64,000 bases of DNA. It comes from a bacterium (GTDB lineage: Bacteria > Fidelibacterota > Fidelibacteria > Fidelibacterales > Fidelibacteraceae). Below are positions 42,627 through 53,732 of this stretch, in pieces. Where the stretch lies: positions 736,001-800,000 of the forward strand of contig OY781066.1 of the NCBI GenBank assembly GCA_963676395.1. The letters are read 5' to 3'. Position 1 is the stretch's first letter. Every line of letters starts with the position of its first letter. Position numbers and translations under genes: made by a program. The notes under the pieces are model-generated. The model saw only the letters and a program-made list of their open reading frames with translations, had not been told where the DNA came from and made no database searches.

Positions 42627-44252
42627 ATGAAATTGATTAGTTTATTGGGTCTTTTGGTCCTCTTATTCATTGCTTGGCTCATTTCTTATCACAAGGACAA
42701 GGTTAATTTGCGCACGGTTGCATGGGGTTTGTTCCTTCAATTCCTGCTTGCGATCATCATTCTTCAAGAATCCTATGTTTCATGGATTGGTATGGCGATT
42801 TTTGCCATTTTACTGGTCGTATATATTTTCAGAGATATTATAAAAGAAGCATGGCCAAAAGCTTTATTGATCGTTGCTTTGCTGGCAGGTACCGCGGTTT
42901 CCGCGTTCTTATTGTTTCTTGCCATGAAGATCATTCCATTTACATGGTTGCTCCTATTTATTTTACTGTTCATGCTAATAAACAAATATTTCATTAAAAT
43001 AGAAAAAATAAAACCATACCTTTCTGCACTTCTTATCATTGCATTATTTACAGCTCCTGCAGCAAATGGCATATACGGTAAAGAGATCTTCCAGGCTTTT
43101 TCGAATGGTGTGGGAGACTTTTTAAAGCTTTCACTCTACGGTGCGGAATTTCTGTTCGGCAATTTAGCTAAACCCGAATTTTTCTTTACCAATGGTCAAT
43201 TCTGGCCCGGCTTCGGATATCTTTTTGCCTTTGTTGTTTTACCTACCATTATCTTTTTTGGTGCCTTTATGGCAATCCTTTACCATTTTGGTGTTATGCA
43301 AAAAGTTGTTGAAGGTATTGCAAAATTCATGTCGTGGAGCATGGGAACTTCAGGCGCAGAAACGCTGTCTTGCTCGGCCAATATTTTTGTCGGTCAAACC
43401 GAAGCGCCTTTATTGATCAAACCTTTCTTAAACGAGATGACCGAATCCGAACTTCTCACCGTAATGGTAGGTGGCTTTGCCACCATCGCCGGTGGTGTAT
43501 TAGCGGGTTATATTGCTATGGGCGTTGATGCCGGTCATTTGGTTGCGGCATCGGTTATGTCTGCTCCGGCCGCTTTAGTTATGGGAAAGATCATCTATCC
43601 AGAACTTAAAGAATCTAAAACCCTGGGGCTGATAAAAATGCCCGAGATGGAAAAGAAAGAAAATGTTCTGGGCGCTATGTCCGACGGCATAACCGACGGT
43701 CTTAAACTCGCCGTAAATGTCGGCGCAATGCTCATTGGGTTTATTGCCGTCATGGCGGTACTGGACACAGGTTTTTCCTTATTGGATAAACTCATTGATG
43801 GTAAATGGTTGGGCAAAGATTATATGGATTATGCCGTCACATCACCTGTTTCACCCGTAAAAGGGGAATACATGGGTATTTTTCCGGGTTCATTAAAAAC
43901 ATTATTCGGCTTTATTTTCCGTCCCCTTGCATGGCTTATGGGAGTTTCATGGCAGTATGCCGGTGAGGTGGGAAATCTATTGGGAATGAAAATTTCTTTA
44001 AACGAATTCGTCGCCTTTGGTGCCCTGGGTTCATATATTCAAAATGGCGTACTCGACGAACGTGCCACTACAATCGCCACTTACGCAATTTGCGGATTTG
44101 CCAATTTTTCATCCATTGGAATTCAATTGGGTGGTATTGGTGCGGTTGCACCGAAGCGTAAAAACGCGCTAGCTAAGCTGGCCTTTAAAGCCATGATCGG
44201 TGGCGCTTTGGCGAGTTGGACAACAGCAACCATTGCGGGAATTTTATTGTAA
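42627..44252 (+). CDS. nupC: Concentrative nucleoside transporter (CNT/NupC family)
   Basis: FAFVVLPTIIFF, NIFVGQTEAPL, GFATIAGG, AASVMSAP, NEFVAF, CGFANFSSIGIQLGG. Confidence 0.95.
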   Translation: MKLISLLGLLVLLFIAWLISYHKDKVNLRTVAWGLFLQFLLAIIILQESYVSWIGMAIFAILLVVYIFRDIIKEAWPKALLIVALLAGTAVSAFLLFLAMKIIPFTWLLLFILLFMLINKYFIKIEKIKPYLSALLIIALFTAPAANGIYGKEIFQAFSNGVGDFLKLSLYGAEFLFGNLAKPEFFFTNGQFWPGFGYLFAFVVLPTIIFFGAFMAILYHFGVMQKVVEGIAKFMSWSMGTSGAETLSCSANIFVGQTEAPLLIKPFLNEMTESELLTVMVGGFATIAGGVLAGYIAMGVDAGHLVAASVMSAPAALVMGKIIYPELKESKTLGLIKMPEMEKKENVLGAMSDGITDGLKLAVNVGAMLIGFIAVMAVLDTGFSLLDKLIDGKWLGKDYMDYAVTSPVSPVKGEYMGIFPGSLKTLFGFIFRPLAWLMGVSWQYAGEVGNLLGMKISLNEFVAFGALGSYIQNGVLDERATTIATYAICGFANFSSIGIQLGGIGAVAPKRKNALAKLAFKAMIGGALASWTTATIAGILL

Positions 44253-44283
44253 AAATACTATAGGGAACGGTTATTAGGTTTTT

Positions 44284-45450
44284 ATGTTAGACCCAATTAT
44301 CGATATCGTACATTATCTCGCGTCTCGCGAATGTAACGGACGGCGGACCGGTACTCCCGGTTCCCAGGCCGCTCGGAAATATATTATTGACAATATGATT
44401 CGTGCGGGCATTCATCCGGGAACCGCCAATGGTTTTATTCATGAATTCGAAGGTTTGCCTGATGGCATTATAGGCTCCAATATTGTCGGCATTGTCCCGG
44501 GAAGAGGTGCCTTACGGGATCGTTTTATTTTAGTGGATGCCCATTATGATCATCTGGGTAAATATGATAAAGGTCTAAAATATTATCCCGGAGCAGAGGA
44601 TAATGCCTCTGCCATTGCCTCAATGTTACATGCCGGTAAGCTTTTTGTCGAAACTGAACAATATAATGAAAATGATAGGCGCTCTCTTATCCTAACCTGC
44701 TTTGACGCCGAAGAGCCACCCTTTTTCAATTCAGAGCATATGGGTGTTGAACATTTTTGCAAAGATTACCCTGAAGTCATTGAACATATTGATCTTGCCA
44801 TTATTCTCGATATGATGGGACATCGTATGGGTAACGGACGTGTCCCCGAAAAATTTCAGGAGATCTTTTTTATTATCGGTGCCGAGAAATCAAGCGTGGG
44901 ACCGCTCCTGGACAATATGAGTCATGCCGTAAAAGATCTTTCACCCATGCGCATGGGAGCTCACGCCATTCCACCTTCCGGTGATTATTTACCGTTGCAT
45001 AAATACGACTTACCCTATTTGTTTATGACCACCGGTCGTTTCCGCGAATATCATACTTGTTTTGATTCGGCTGAAAAACTTGATTATCCAAAACTCGAAC
45101 GATTCAGCAATTATCTGGCTTATCTTATTACTGAGCTCGCGGAAGCACCTGCCGCTAATTTTGTTTATAATCGATTGGGTGAAAACGATCTGGCAACCCT
45201 GTTAACTATGCAAAGTCTTTTCAACCGCATGGAAGACGATGAGCAGATCCCAAAAAATCAAAGCGTTTTTGATCATTTACAAAAGCGTTTTATCGAAGGG
45301 GATGTCGGTCAGCAAACCACCAAACTTGACAATATCAAAGATTTCCTCAAGCAGGCTCTTAAACGCGCAAAACGTCAGGGGAACCTTGATCATAACGAGC
45401 GTAGTAAAATCAAGTATTTAGTGGATGTTGTGCAGAAATATATGTATTAA
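44284..45450 (+). CDS. M28 family peptidase
   Basis: GRRTGTPG, AHYDHLG, GAEDNASA, FDAEE, LDMMG, YHT. Confidence 0.85.
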   Translation: MLDPIIDIVHYLASRECNGRRTGTPGSQAARKYIIDNMIRAGIHPGTANGFIHEFEGLPDGIIGSNIVGIVPGRGALRDRFILVDAHYDHLGKYDKGLKYYPGAEDNASAIASMLHAGKLFVETEQYNENDRRSLILTCFDAEEPPFFNSEHMGVEHFCKDYPEVIEHIDLAIILDMMGHRMGNGRVPEKFQEIFFIIGAEKSSVGPLLDNMSHAVKDLSPMRMGAHAIPPSGDYLPLHKYDLPYLFMTTGRFREYHTCFDSAEKLDYPKLERFSNYLAYLITELAEAPAANFVYNRLGENDLATLLTMQSLFNRMEDDEQIPKNQSVFDHLQKRFIEGDVGQQTTKLDNIKDFLKQALKRAKRQGNLDHNERSKIKYLVDVVQKYMY

Positions 45451-45471
45451 TTGTTTTTTACAGGAGATAAT

Positions 45472-47283
45472 ATGCCCGGAATTAGTTTAGTTTATTCTAA
45501 GTCAAACTTCAAAGTGGATGAAAAACCAAATTATTTATTACATGAAGAATTTTACTTTATTGATTCTTTGTTCAAAGATAATAAGCTTCAAATAATTTAT
45601 TCAGGATACGAAGGTTATCCACTTAATTACTGGGAAAATCAGAGTTACTTTGCATGCGTTGAAGGATTAATTTATAATCAAGATGATAAGGTAATAAATA
45701 ATTTTATAGAACTTATAATCAATGAAGAAAACAAATCTAAAAGAGAGGAGCAAATATCTCAATTCGTCCACCATGCCGATGGGGATTATATTTTTTACAT
45801 TTACAATAAAGTCCTAAAAAAACTTACAATCATTGGAGATCTCTGGGGAAGATTGAAAGCATATCATTATCATGATGATGAGAAATTTATATTTTCAAGA
45901 GAAAACAGCTTTATGCTGAACCACATACCTTCAATAAAATTTAATAAGCAAGGTATTGCCGAGTTTATTATTTATGAGTTTAATTTAGATAATAAAACTA
46001 TGGTTGAAGATATTTATAAAACATCTCCTTCTTTTCAATTTGACATATATTCAGAGCATATACTTCATGTTAATAATAAATGTAACCATCAATTTGATTT
46101 TACCACCCCAAAGCCACCTCTATCAAGAAAACAAACATTGCAAGAGTGTAGTGACATCTACAAAAAAACCACAAAAAGTCGAGTAGATAAACTTACTGAA
46201 AAAAAATACAATATGACTGTAGATTTAAGTGGAGGATACGATACTCGGGCAGTTTTTTTTGGAGTACAAGCTTTAAACGATAACATTAAATACTATACAG
46301 AAGATCTGTTGGCAGGTATAGAAAGTAAAACAACGATTCAACTTGCAAAAACATGTCAAAAAGATGTAACCCTTATCCATAATGATTATAGCTTTGATCC
46401 AAATGACATGACTGATATCTCCTATAGAACCGGTGGAAATGTTAACCCACTTATTGCATCGTATTGCTATAATAGTGCCAGAAACAGACGAAATCAATCC
46501 TTGAAAAGGTCTGTAAAATTTGGTGGATTTGGTGGAGAGTATATCCGTCACCCATATATAAAAGCAAGCGGATATCGCTCAATTATTGAAATGCTTAAAG
46601 ATGATATATATGTAAGAGGAGTCGGATTAAAAAATACAGCTAAACTATTAAATATGACAACATCTAAACTTTATAAAAACTTATCTGATCATTACGATAA
46701 TTTCCCTGAGATAAATCTAAAAGATAAAATTAAGCATGTGTATTTCGATTACTATAATAATGTAGTAAACATGGGTGAAGAAAGAGCCAGAATTCACTTT
46801 TGGACTATTCAACCCTTACTTTCAAAAGATTTACTCCACTATTTTCTCAATAAGATTCCTGGAAAATATGTTGGATACAAATATTTTATTGAGTTTTTAA
46901 AACACTTAAATCCTGTAGCTCTTGACACACCAATCTTTAACAGTAGTATAAACTTAAAATCCAAATTAAGCATACAGTATCACGATTTTAAGTATAAGTT
47001 TATAAAAAATATCAAACAAAATTTTATATTGAAAAAAACTATTGGAGTTCTTTACCGAATATTCAATTATAATAGAAATCCAATTAACACCAATACTGAA
47101 ATAAAAGAAAGTGTAAAAAACATATACGACTCATCTAAAACTTTAAAAGTTCTTTTTAATGAAAGAGTTTTTAAAAATACCATTGAGGATGGTGATAATT
47201 ACTACAATATAAAGCCTTTTCTTACCACAATATTTTACATTGCAGAAATAGAAAACAGACATAAAGATAAAATTCAGTATTAA
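45472..47283 (+). CDS. Asparagine synthetase B-like amidotransferase homologue
   Basis: Ntn-like N-terminus (DGDY, DLWGRLKAYHY), PP-loop LSGGYDTR, GFGGEYIR. Starts MPG after CAGGAG RBS. Very AT-rich. Confidence 0.75.
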   Translation: MPGISLVYSKSNFKVDEKPNYLLHEEFYFIDSLFKDNKLQIIYSGYEGYPLNYWENQSYFACVEGLIYNQDDKVINNFIELIINEENKSKREEQISQFVHHADGDYIFYIYNKVLKKLTIIGDLWGRLKAYHYHDDEKFIFSRENSFMLNHIPSIKFNKQGIAEFIIYEFNLDNKTMVEDIYKTSPSFQFDIYSEHILHVNNKCNHQFDFTTPKPPLSRKQTLQECSDIYKKTTKSRVDKLTEKKYNMTVDLSGGYDTRAVFFGVQALNDNIKYYTEDLLAGIESKTTIQLAKTCQKDVTLIHNDYSFDPNDMTDISYRTGGNVNPLIASYCYNSARNRRNQSLKRSVKFGGFGGEYIRHPYIKASGYRSIIEMLKDDIYVRGVGLKNTAKLLNMTTSKLYKNLSDHYDNFPEINLKDKIKHVYFDYYNNVVNMGEERARIHFWTIQPLLSKDLLHYFLNKIPGKYVGYKYFIEFLKHLNPVALDTPIFNSSINLKSKLSIQYHDFKYKFIKNIKQNFILKKTIGVLYRIFNYNRNPINTNTEIKESVKNIYDSSKTLKVLFNERVFKNTIEDGDNYYNIKPFLTTIFYIAEIENRHKDKIQY

Positions 47284-47474
47284 AATATAATAAATAATTT
47301 AAAAATAAGAAATGATAGTATAAAGGTGGATTTGTACTACTGCCTTTCTTTGTTTTTGCTAAATATCTGGCCTTATTTCTTATAATCCAGCTATATCAAT
47401 AAACTTGTGAATATTAAATGAATTATGGGGAGCGATTCTGATTGTTTTTACCCTTTTCATTATAGTTTGCATAT

Positions 47475-47500
47475 AAAAAAGGGCTCGAAATGTCGAGCCC
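47475..47500 (-). terminator. Intrinsic terminator of ppdK
   Basis: AAAAAAGGGCTCGA-aatg-TCGAGCCC. Confidence 0.85.
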
Positions 47501-47532
47501 CTACTTTATACTTACTAGTTTCTAGTCTCTAG

Positions 47533-50250
47533 TTACTTTTCTTCGATCGCAGCCTGAGCAGCAGCCAAGCGAGCGATAGGAACGCGGAAAGGTGAACATG
47601 ATACATAGTTCATGCCAACTGAGTGACAGAACTTAACTGATGAAGGTTCACCACCGTGTTCGCCACAGATACCAACTTTAAGGTTAGGACGAACCGAACG
47701 ACCTTTTTCCGTACCCATTTGTACCAACTGACCAACACCTGTCTGATCCAATTTTTGGAAAGGATCATCTTTTAGCAAGCCTTTGTTTAAGTATACGGGC
47801 ATGAAAACACCTGTATCGTCACGTGAATAACCAAAGGTCATCTGTGTCAAATCGTTTGTACCGAATGAGAAAAATTCTGCATGTTCGGCAACTTCATTGG
47901 CAGTTAAAGCGGCGCGAGGGATTTCGATCATTGTACCGACCATGTAATCCACTTTATCGCCTTTTTCTTCGAATACCTTTTCAGCTGTTGCGCGGATGAT
48001 ACCTTCTTGCATGACGAATTCAGCTTTTGTTCCAATGAGGGGAACCATGATCTCGGGCTTAGCATCAATGCCTTTGGCTTTGCAATTTAGTGCGGCTTCG
48101 ATGATCGCGCGAGTTTGCATTTCGGTGATTTCAGGATAGGTGTTACCTAAACGGCAACCACGATGTCCCAGCATGGGGTTGAATTCTTCAAGAGATTCGA
48201 CCTTTGCTTTGACTTCTTCAGCTGAAATACCCATTTCTTTAGCCATTTCTGCTTGATTTTCAGGTTCGTGAGGAACGAATTCATGCAGAGGAGGATCCAG
48301 GAGACGAACCGTAACGGGGAGTCCGTTCATGGCTTCGAAGATACCTTCGAAATCTTCACGTTGGTAAGGCAAGATCTTTGCCAAAGCGCCTGTACGGCCT
48401 TCAAGATCTTTAGAAAGGATCATTTCGCGGATAGCTTTGATCCTGTCACCTTCAAAGAACATATGTTCCGTACGTGTCAGGCCGATACCCTGGGCACCGA
48501 AATTGCGAGCAACTTCTGCGTCTTTAGGTGTATCAGCATTGGTGCGGACCAACATTTTCGTATGTTTGTCACAGAGATCCATCAGTTCACCGAAATCACC
48601 TGAGAGTTCAGGGTCGATGGTCGGGATCTTGTCGGCATAGACTTCACCGGTAGAACCGTTAAGTGAGATCCAGTCACCTTCTTTATAAGATATACCATCA
48701 ATATTCATGGTACGTGCTTTGTAATCAACTTTTACACCACCTGCACCCGATACACAGCATTTACCCATACCGCGAGCTACAACGGCTGCGTGAGAGGTCA
48801 TACCGCCGCGAGCGGTAAGAATACCTTCGGCGGCATCCATACCGGCAAGGTCTTCAGGAGATGTTTCGATACGGACGAGAATAACTTTTTCACCTTTCGT
48901 TGCCCATTCTTCAGCTTCATCAGCAAAGAAAACAACGCGACCGGTTGCAGCACCCGGAGATGCCGGAAGACCTTTGGTCAGGGTTTTTGCTTTCTCCAGT
49001 TCATCAAGATCAAAGACCGGGTGAAGCAATTCGTCCAATTTATTGGGTTCAACGCGAAGGATCGCTGTTTTTTCATCAATTTCACCCGCTTTAAGCTGAT
49101 CTATAGCAATTTTAACCATAGCGGCACCGGTTCTTTTTCCGGTACGGGTCTGTAGCAACCAAAGTCTACCATCTTGGATAGTAAACTCAAGGTCCTGCAT
49201 ATCTGAATAATGATCTTCAAGCTTCTGCTGAATATCATCAAGTTCTTTATAAGCGGCAGGCATAGCTTCTTCGAGTGAAGGATAGTTAGCTGCGCGATCT
49301 TCTTCAGAAACGCCGGCTAGCTTTGCCCAACGTTTTGCACCTTCGAGGGTGATCTGCTGAGGTGTACGAACACCGGCAACCACATCTTCTCCCTGTGCAT
49401 TGATCAAGTATTCACCGTTAAAAATATCTTCACCGGTTGCAGCGTCACGTGTAAATGCAACACCGGTCGCTGAGTTTTCACCCATATTACCATAAACCAT
49501 GGCCTGGACGTTCACCGCAGTACCCCAATCATCATCAAAACCGTTCATACGGCGATATACTTTAGCACGATCATTGTTCCAAGAACCAAAAACAGCGCCA
49601 ATAGCCAACCATAGCTGATCCCAAGGATTTGTAGGGAAATCATGACCGGTAACTTTTTTAACGGCAACTTTAAAATCGGCAACCATTTTCTTGAGGTCAT
49701 CAACACCAAGCTCTGTATCCAATTCAACGCCTTTAGCTTCTTTAGCTTCTTCAATGATCAATTCAAATGGATCGATATCTTCTTTACTCTCAGGTTTCAT
49801 ATCAAGAACAACATCACCAAACATTTGAACGAAGCGACGATATGAATCCCAAGCAAAACGTTCGTTGCCCGATTTGGCTGCCAGGCCGGCAACAACTTCA
49901 TCGTTCATACCAAGATTCAAAACGGTATCCATCATACCCGGCATAGAAACGCGAGCACCGGAACGAACAGAAATTAACAACGGATTAGTTGCATCACCGA
50001 ACGTAGCTCCCATGACTTCTTCCATGTGTTTAATACCAGCTTCAACTTCAGGTTTAATTGTTTCAACTGTTTTATCAACACCATCCTTGTACCATGCAGT
50101 ACAAACTTCGGTTGTAATAGTAAAACCGGCAGGAACGGGAACACCAATGAGGTTCATTTCCGCAAGGTTTGCACCTTTACCGCCCAAGAGATTCTTATCT
50201 GAAGACTTACCGTCAGCCTTGCCAGCTCCGAATAAATAGACATGTTTCAT
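47533..50250 (-). CDS. ppdK: Pyruvate, phosphate dikinase
   Basis: GGKGANLAEM, SVRSGARVSMPGMMDT, GGMTSHAAVVARG, RTEHMFF, FSFGTNDLTQ, GICGEHGG. Confidence 0.99.
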   Translation of the reverse strand: MKHVYLFGAGKADGKSSDKNLLGGKGANLAEMNLIGVPVPAGFTITTEVCTAWYKDGVDKTVETIKPEVEAGIKHMEEVMGATFGDATNPLLISVRSGARVSMPGMMDTVLNLGMNDEVVAGLAAKSGNERFAWDSYRRFVQMFGDVVLDMKPESKEDIDPFELIIEEAKEAKGVELDTELGVDDLKKMVADFKVAVKKVTGHDFPTNPWDQLWLAIGAVFGSWNNDRAKVYRRMNGFDDDWGTAVNVQAMVYGNMGENSATGVAFTRDAATGEDIFNGEYLINAQGEDVVAGVRTPQQITLEGAKRWAKLAGVSEEDRAANYPSLEEAMPAAYKELDDIQQKLEDHYSDMQDLEFTIQDGRLWLLQTRTGKRTGAAMVKIAIDQLKAGEIDEKTAILRVEPNKLDELLHPVFDLDELEKAKTLTKGLPASPGAATGRVVFFADEAEEWATKGEKVILVRIETSPEDLAGMDAAEGILTARGGMTSHAAVVARGMGKCCVSGAGGVKVDYKARTMNIDGISYKEGDWISLNGSTGEVYADKIPTIDPELSGDFGELMDLCDKHTKMLVRTNADTPKDAEVARNFGAQGIGLTRTEHMFFEGDRIKAIREMILSKDLEGRTGALAKILPYQREDFEGIFEAMNGLPVTVRLLDPPLHEFVPHEPENQAEMAKEMGISAEEVKAKVESLEEFNPMLGHRGCRLGNTYPEITEMQTRAIIEAALNCKAKGIDAKPEIMVPLIGTKAEFVMQEGIIRATAEKVFEEKGDKVDYMVGTMIEIPRAALTANEVAEHAEFFSFGTNDLTQMTFGYSRDDTGVFMPVYLNKGLLKDDPFQKLDQTGVGQLVQMGTEKGRSVRPNLKVGICGEHGGEPSSVKFCHSVGMNYVSCSPFRVPIARLAAAQAAIEEK

Positions 50251-50279
50251 TTGCTTTTTCCTTTCTTTTTAAGCATCGA

Positions 50280-50308
50280 AATATAAACGATTGAGTATCG
50301 AAATGCAA
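50280..50308 (-). promoter_or_regulatory. sigma70-type promoter of ppdK
   Basis: Minus strand TTGCAT-N17-TATATT. Confidence 0.65.
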
Positions 50309-50477
50309 GTTTCATCATTGAGAGTTGAGATTGGATAATTAAGAAGTAAATTAAGAATGATGAATCAAGATTTAAGCATGCGGAAACCTGTCATCTTAAA
50401 CGGAATCGGAAGATCTATTATTGCAGGGAACAATTTATATATCTCCTTCTACAAAATCGCTTTATTCAATTTATGAG

Positions 50478-52292
50478 CTACGACCGTTTGAAACGCCTAT
50501 CCAATTCTTCGATGGTCAAATTAATGATAGTGGGTCGGCCATGCGGACAAGCATAGGGTGTTTCGCATTGAAAAAGCTGATCAACCAGGGTTTGCATTTC
50601 AATAGGATCAAGAGAATCACCTGTTTTAATTGCGGCCTTACAAGCATAAGATGCCGCCATATTATAGGTTTTATCCGGTCGGGATTCTTTACGTTCACGA
50701 TAATTATCAAGGATATCCAATACCACGCGACCTTCATCAATATTGCGCAAATCTGCCGGCACGGCTTCGATGATCATTGTGTTATGTCCAAAATCCCTGA
50801 GCGAAAAGCCAAGCTTTTGAAACTCCATAATCACATCGCCCAAAAGCGAAAAATCATCGGGAGATAATTCTAAACTTACCGGGAAAAGCAATTGTTGCGA
50901 GGCATGCGCAGCACTTTCGCTAAAGGTTTTAAGTGCTTTTTCAAACAAAATACGCTCATGCGCAGCATGTTGGTCGATAACAATAACCGCTGTTACGGTT
51001 TGTGCAAAAATATACTTATTATGTGCCTGCCACAGTGAAACGATCTTAGCGTTTGACTGCGTGCTGACATCGGTATTACTCAAATTGGTATTAAACCGCT
51101 CAATCCTATTCGTCAGGGGATGATTTTCCGGTAAAGGTGGCGGCTCGGGAGGACGCATAGCGGGCATGGTATCCAACGGCATACGTTGCTGTTCACTTAC
51201 CATGTCTTTAAAATTCGCTGCTTTGCTACTATAGTCAATTTCACGACTCCCCGGCGTTGCCCCGAATGGAATGCTGGGAATATGACTCATACTGGGTACA
51301 ACACGCATCGTATCGGTAAGCTTGCTGTTCACGGCGTTGCGAATAAAGTGATAGACCTGCCATTCGTTTTGATACTTTATCTCCGTCTTCTGTGGATGCA
51401 CATTCACATCGATCTCCGATGGAGGCAGAGTCAGTTTTAATACAAAAAAAGGATATTCACCTTTCTCCACCATGGGTGAAAAGGCGGCGTATACCGCCGA
51501 ATTCATAAGTCGATCATTGACCAAACGATCATTTACGAATAAATATTGCTCACCGTTTTTTTTACGGACTAGATCTAAGCCACCTACATAGCCATCCAAG
51601 CTCATCTGACCGTCCTGAGCTTGCACTTCGATCAATTTTTGGTCATAATGCGGCGAGAACACGTCCACAATACGCTTCTTTAACCCTTCGGGTTCAAGAA
51701 TAAAGATCTCTGAACCGTTAGAGAATAATTGAAAACGTAATTCCGGATAACCCAAAGCAAAACGACGTACCGTATCAACAATGTAACGATATTCCGTGTT
51801 GGGTGATTTTAAAAATTTTCGACGAGCGGGCGTATTGTAAAACAGTCGTTTAATCGTAAAGTGAGTGCCTTGAGTCATGGAAATAGGTTCCACGGTCTGG
51901 ATCTCACCTCCATTGATCACAATGCGACGACCTTCATTGCTTTCCTTTTGACAGGTTTGCGCTTCGCACATGGACACCGATGCAATAGATGGCAATGCCT
52001 CTCCACGGAATCCCAATGTACGAATGGCTTCAAGATCATCGATCTCACGGATCTTGGATGTTGCATGTTGCTCAAACGCCAGTAAAAGATCATCTTCGCT
52101 CATACCTTCGCCGTTATCTACCACACGAATAACATCCTTACCACCATTCTCAATAGAGACAAGAATATCGGTAGCACCGGCATCTATAGCGTTTTCCATG
52201 AGTTCTTTTACAACGGATGCGGGGCGCTGAACCACCTCTCCGGCGGCTATCTTATTTGCGAGTTGTTCGGGTAGAATATGTATTTTGGACAA
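50478..52292 (-). CDS. mutL: DNA mismatch repair endonuclease MutL
   Basis: IAAGEVVQRP, ENAIDAG, HATSKI, GFRGEAL. Endonuclease motifs DQHAAHE, ACK and CPHGRP. Confidence 0.98.
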   Translation of the reverse strand: MSKIHILPEQLANKIAAGEVVQRPASVVKELMENAIDAGATDILVSIENGGKDVIRVVDNGEGMSEDDLLLAFEQHATSKIREIDDLEAIRTLGFRGEALPSIASVSMCEAQTCQKESNEGRRIVINGGEIQTVEPISMTQGTHFTIKRLFYNTPARRKFLKSPNTEYRYIVDTVRRFALGYPELRFQLFSNGSEIFILEPEGLKKRIVDVFSPHYDQKLIEVQAQDGQMSLDGYVGGLDLVRKKNGEQYLFVNDRLVNDRLMNSAVYAAFSPMVEKGEYPFFVLKLTLPPSEIDVNVHPQKTEIKYQNEWQVYHFIRNAVNSKLTDTMRVVPSMSHIPSIPFGATPGSREIDYSSKAANFKDMVSEQQRMPLDTMPAMRPPEPPPLPENHPLTNRIERFNTNLSNTDVSTQSNAKIVSLWQAHNKYIFAQTVTAVIVIDQHAAHERILFEKALKTFSESAAHASQQLLFPVSLELSPDDFSLLGDVIMEFQKLGFSLRDFGHNTMIIEAVPADLRNIDEGRVVLDILDNYRERKESRPDKTYNMAASYACKAAIKTGDSLDPIEMQTLVDQLFQCETPYACPHGRPTIINLTIEELDRRFKRS

Positions 52293-52562
52293 TCGGACAC
52301 CTTTTTTCGTTTAGAGGGTAAAATATGGAATCCAAGGATAAATCGGAAGAAAAATTCGTGTGATATGGTATACGAAAGCACAAAATTTGGCATCCGGGCA
52401 TCACAAAAACATTCAACATGTACATAATAATGATAATTGGCGAAAATTTTTACACTTCTGTGCGTGTTTTAGCGAATTATCATTGGTAATAATACATTAT
52501 TTCCTTACATTCTATCCCTTTATATTGGCATATTGCCAATTAATCACAAATACGAGGCAAAA

Positions 52563-53732
52563 ATGAACGAGAAAATGAGCACAAAGATGGAGAGAATGAA
52601 CGATGAACGCAGAGCTGCGGTTCGTCGCGCTCGCCGTGTGGTCATTAAGCTCGGCACCAAAGTCCTTCTTGCCTTACACGATAAAAAAGGTTCACCCGAA
52701 CTCATGCAGTTGATATCGGATATCGCCGCTTATCGTGAAAAAGGTTATGAGATCGCCTTGGTGACATCAGGCGCTGTTGGTTTTGGCATGGAACAGCTGG
52801 AACTGGGAACCCGGCCACCGGGACTGAAAAAAAAGCAAGCGCTTGCATCGGTAGGACAAGCGCTACTTATGCAAAAGTGGAACGATCTTTTCAAGCACTG
52901 GGGCATTCCTACAGGTCAAGTCCTTGTCACTTATGATATTATTGAAAACCGTAAACGTTTTTTATATACGCGCGACTGCCTGCTTTCGCTGTTTCGCTAC
53001 GGTGCAATTCCTATTATTAATGAAAACGATACCGTTTCTGTGGATGAATTAAAATTTGGGGACAACGATGCCTTGTCGGCCTTGATCGCATCTCTCATCG
53101 ATGCCGAATTATTGATCTTGTTCACGGATACCGACGGCCTTTACACCAGAAATCCGCAAAAATACCAAGATGCCGAGCGCATCAGTATTCTTGATAAAAT
53201 TGATGAAAGTAGTTTTGAGCTTATCGACGATTCACAAAACGCCTTGTCTTTGGGCGGCATGACCAGCAAGCTTCAATCGGCACAACTCGCAGTCAGCGGC
53301 GGCACCAGCGTGGTGATCACCAATGGATTTACACCCGGACTGAAACGCGTACTGGAAGGCGAAGATATGGGAACCTTCATTCATGCTGATTCACGTTTCC
53401 AAAGCAAGCGTAAACGCTGGATCTTTTTCAACACCCGGGTAAAGGGTAAAATTTTTGTAGATGACGGAGCGGCAAAGGCACTGATCAAAGGCAATAAAAG
53501 TCTACTACCCGGTGGAGTGACGCATACCGAAGGGAGATTTCTTGAGGGAAATATTGTGGGGATTTACAACAAGCACTCCACGATGATCGCTAAAGGCATC
53601 AGTTATTACCCCAGTACAGACGTTGAAAAGATCAAAGGCAAAAAAACCGGAAATATCAATAAAAAAGATGTAAAACGATATTATGATGAGATTATTCATC
53701 GGGATAATTTGATCATAACTATCAAAGATTAA
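52563..53732 (+). CDS. proB: Glutamate 5-kinase with PUA domain
   Basis: VIKLGT, VTSGAV, ASVGQ, PIINEND, FGDND, GGMTSK, VDDGA. Start could be 52563 or 52596. Confidence 0.96.
   Translation: MNEKMSTKMERMNDERRAAVRRARRVVIKLGTKVLLALHDKKGSPELMQLISDIAAYREKGYEIALVTSGAVGFGMEQLELGTRPPGLKKKQALASVGQALLMQKWNDLFKHWGIPTGQVLVTYDIIENRKRFLYTRDCLLSLFRYGAIPIINENDTVSVDELKFGDNDALSALIASLIDAELLILFTDTDGLYTRNPQKYQDAERISILDKIDESSFELIDDSQNALSLGGMTSKLQSAQLAVSGGTSVVITNGFTPGLKRVLEGEDMGTFIHADSRFQSKRKRWIFFNTRVKGKIFVDDGAAKALIKGNKSLLPGGVTHTEGRFLEGNIVGIYNKHSTMIAKGISYYPSTDVEKIKGKKTGNINKKDVKRYYDEIIHRDNLIITIKD

Noticed and set aside
48253..50867. Several antisense ORFs of 60-150 aa over ppdK and mutL (and similar ones over other genes)
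   Set aside because: Shadow frames of well-supported genes on the opposite strand.
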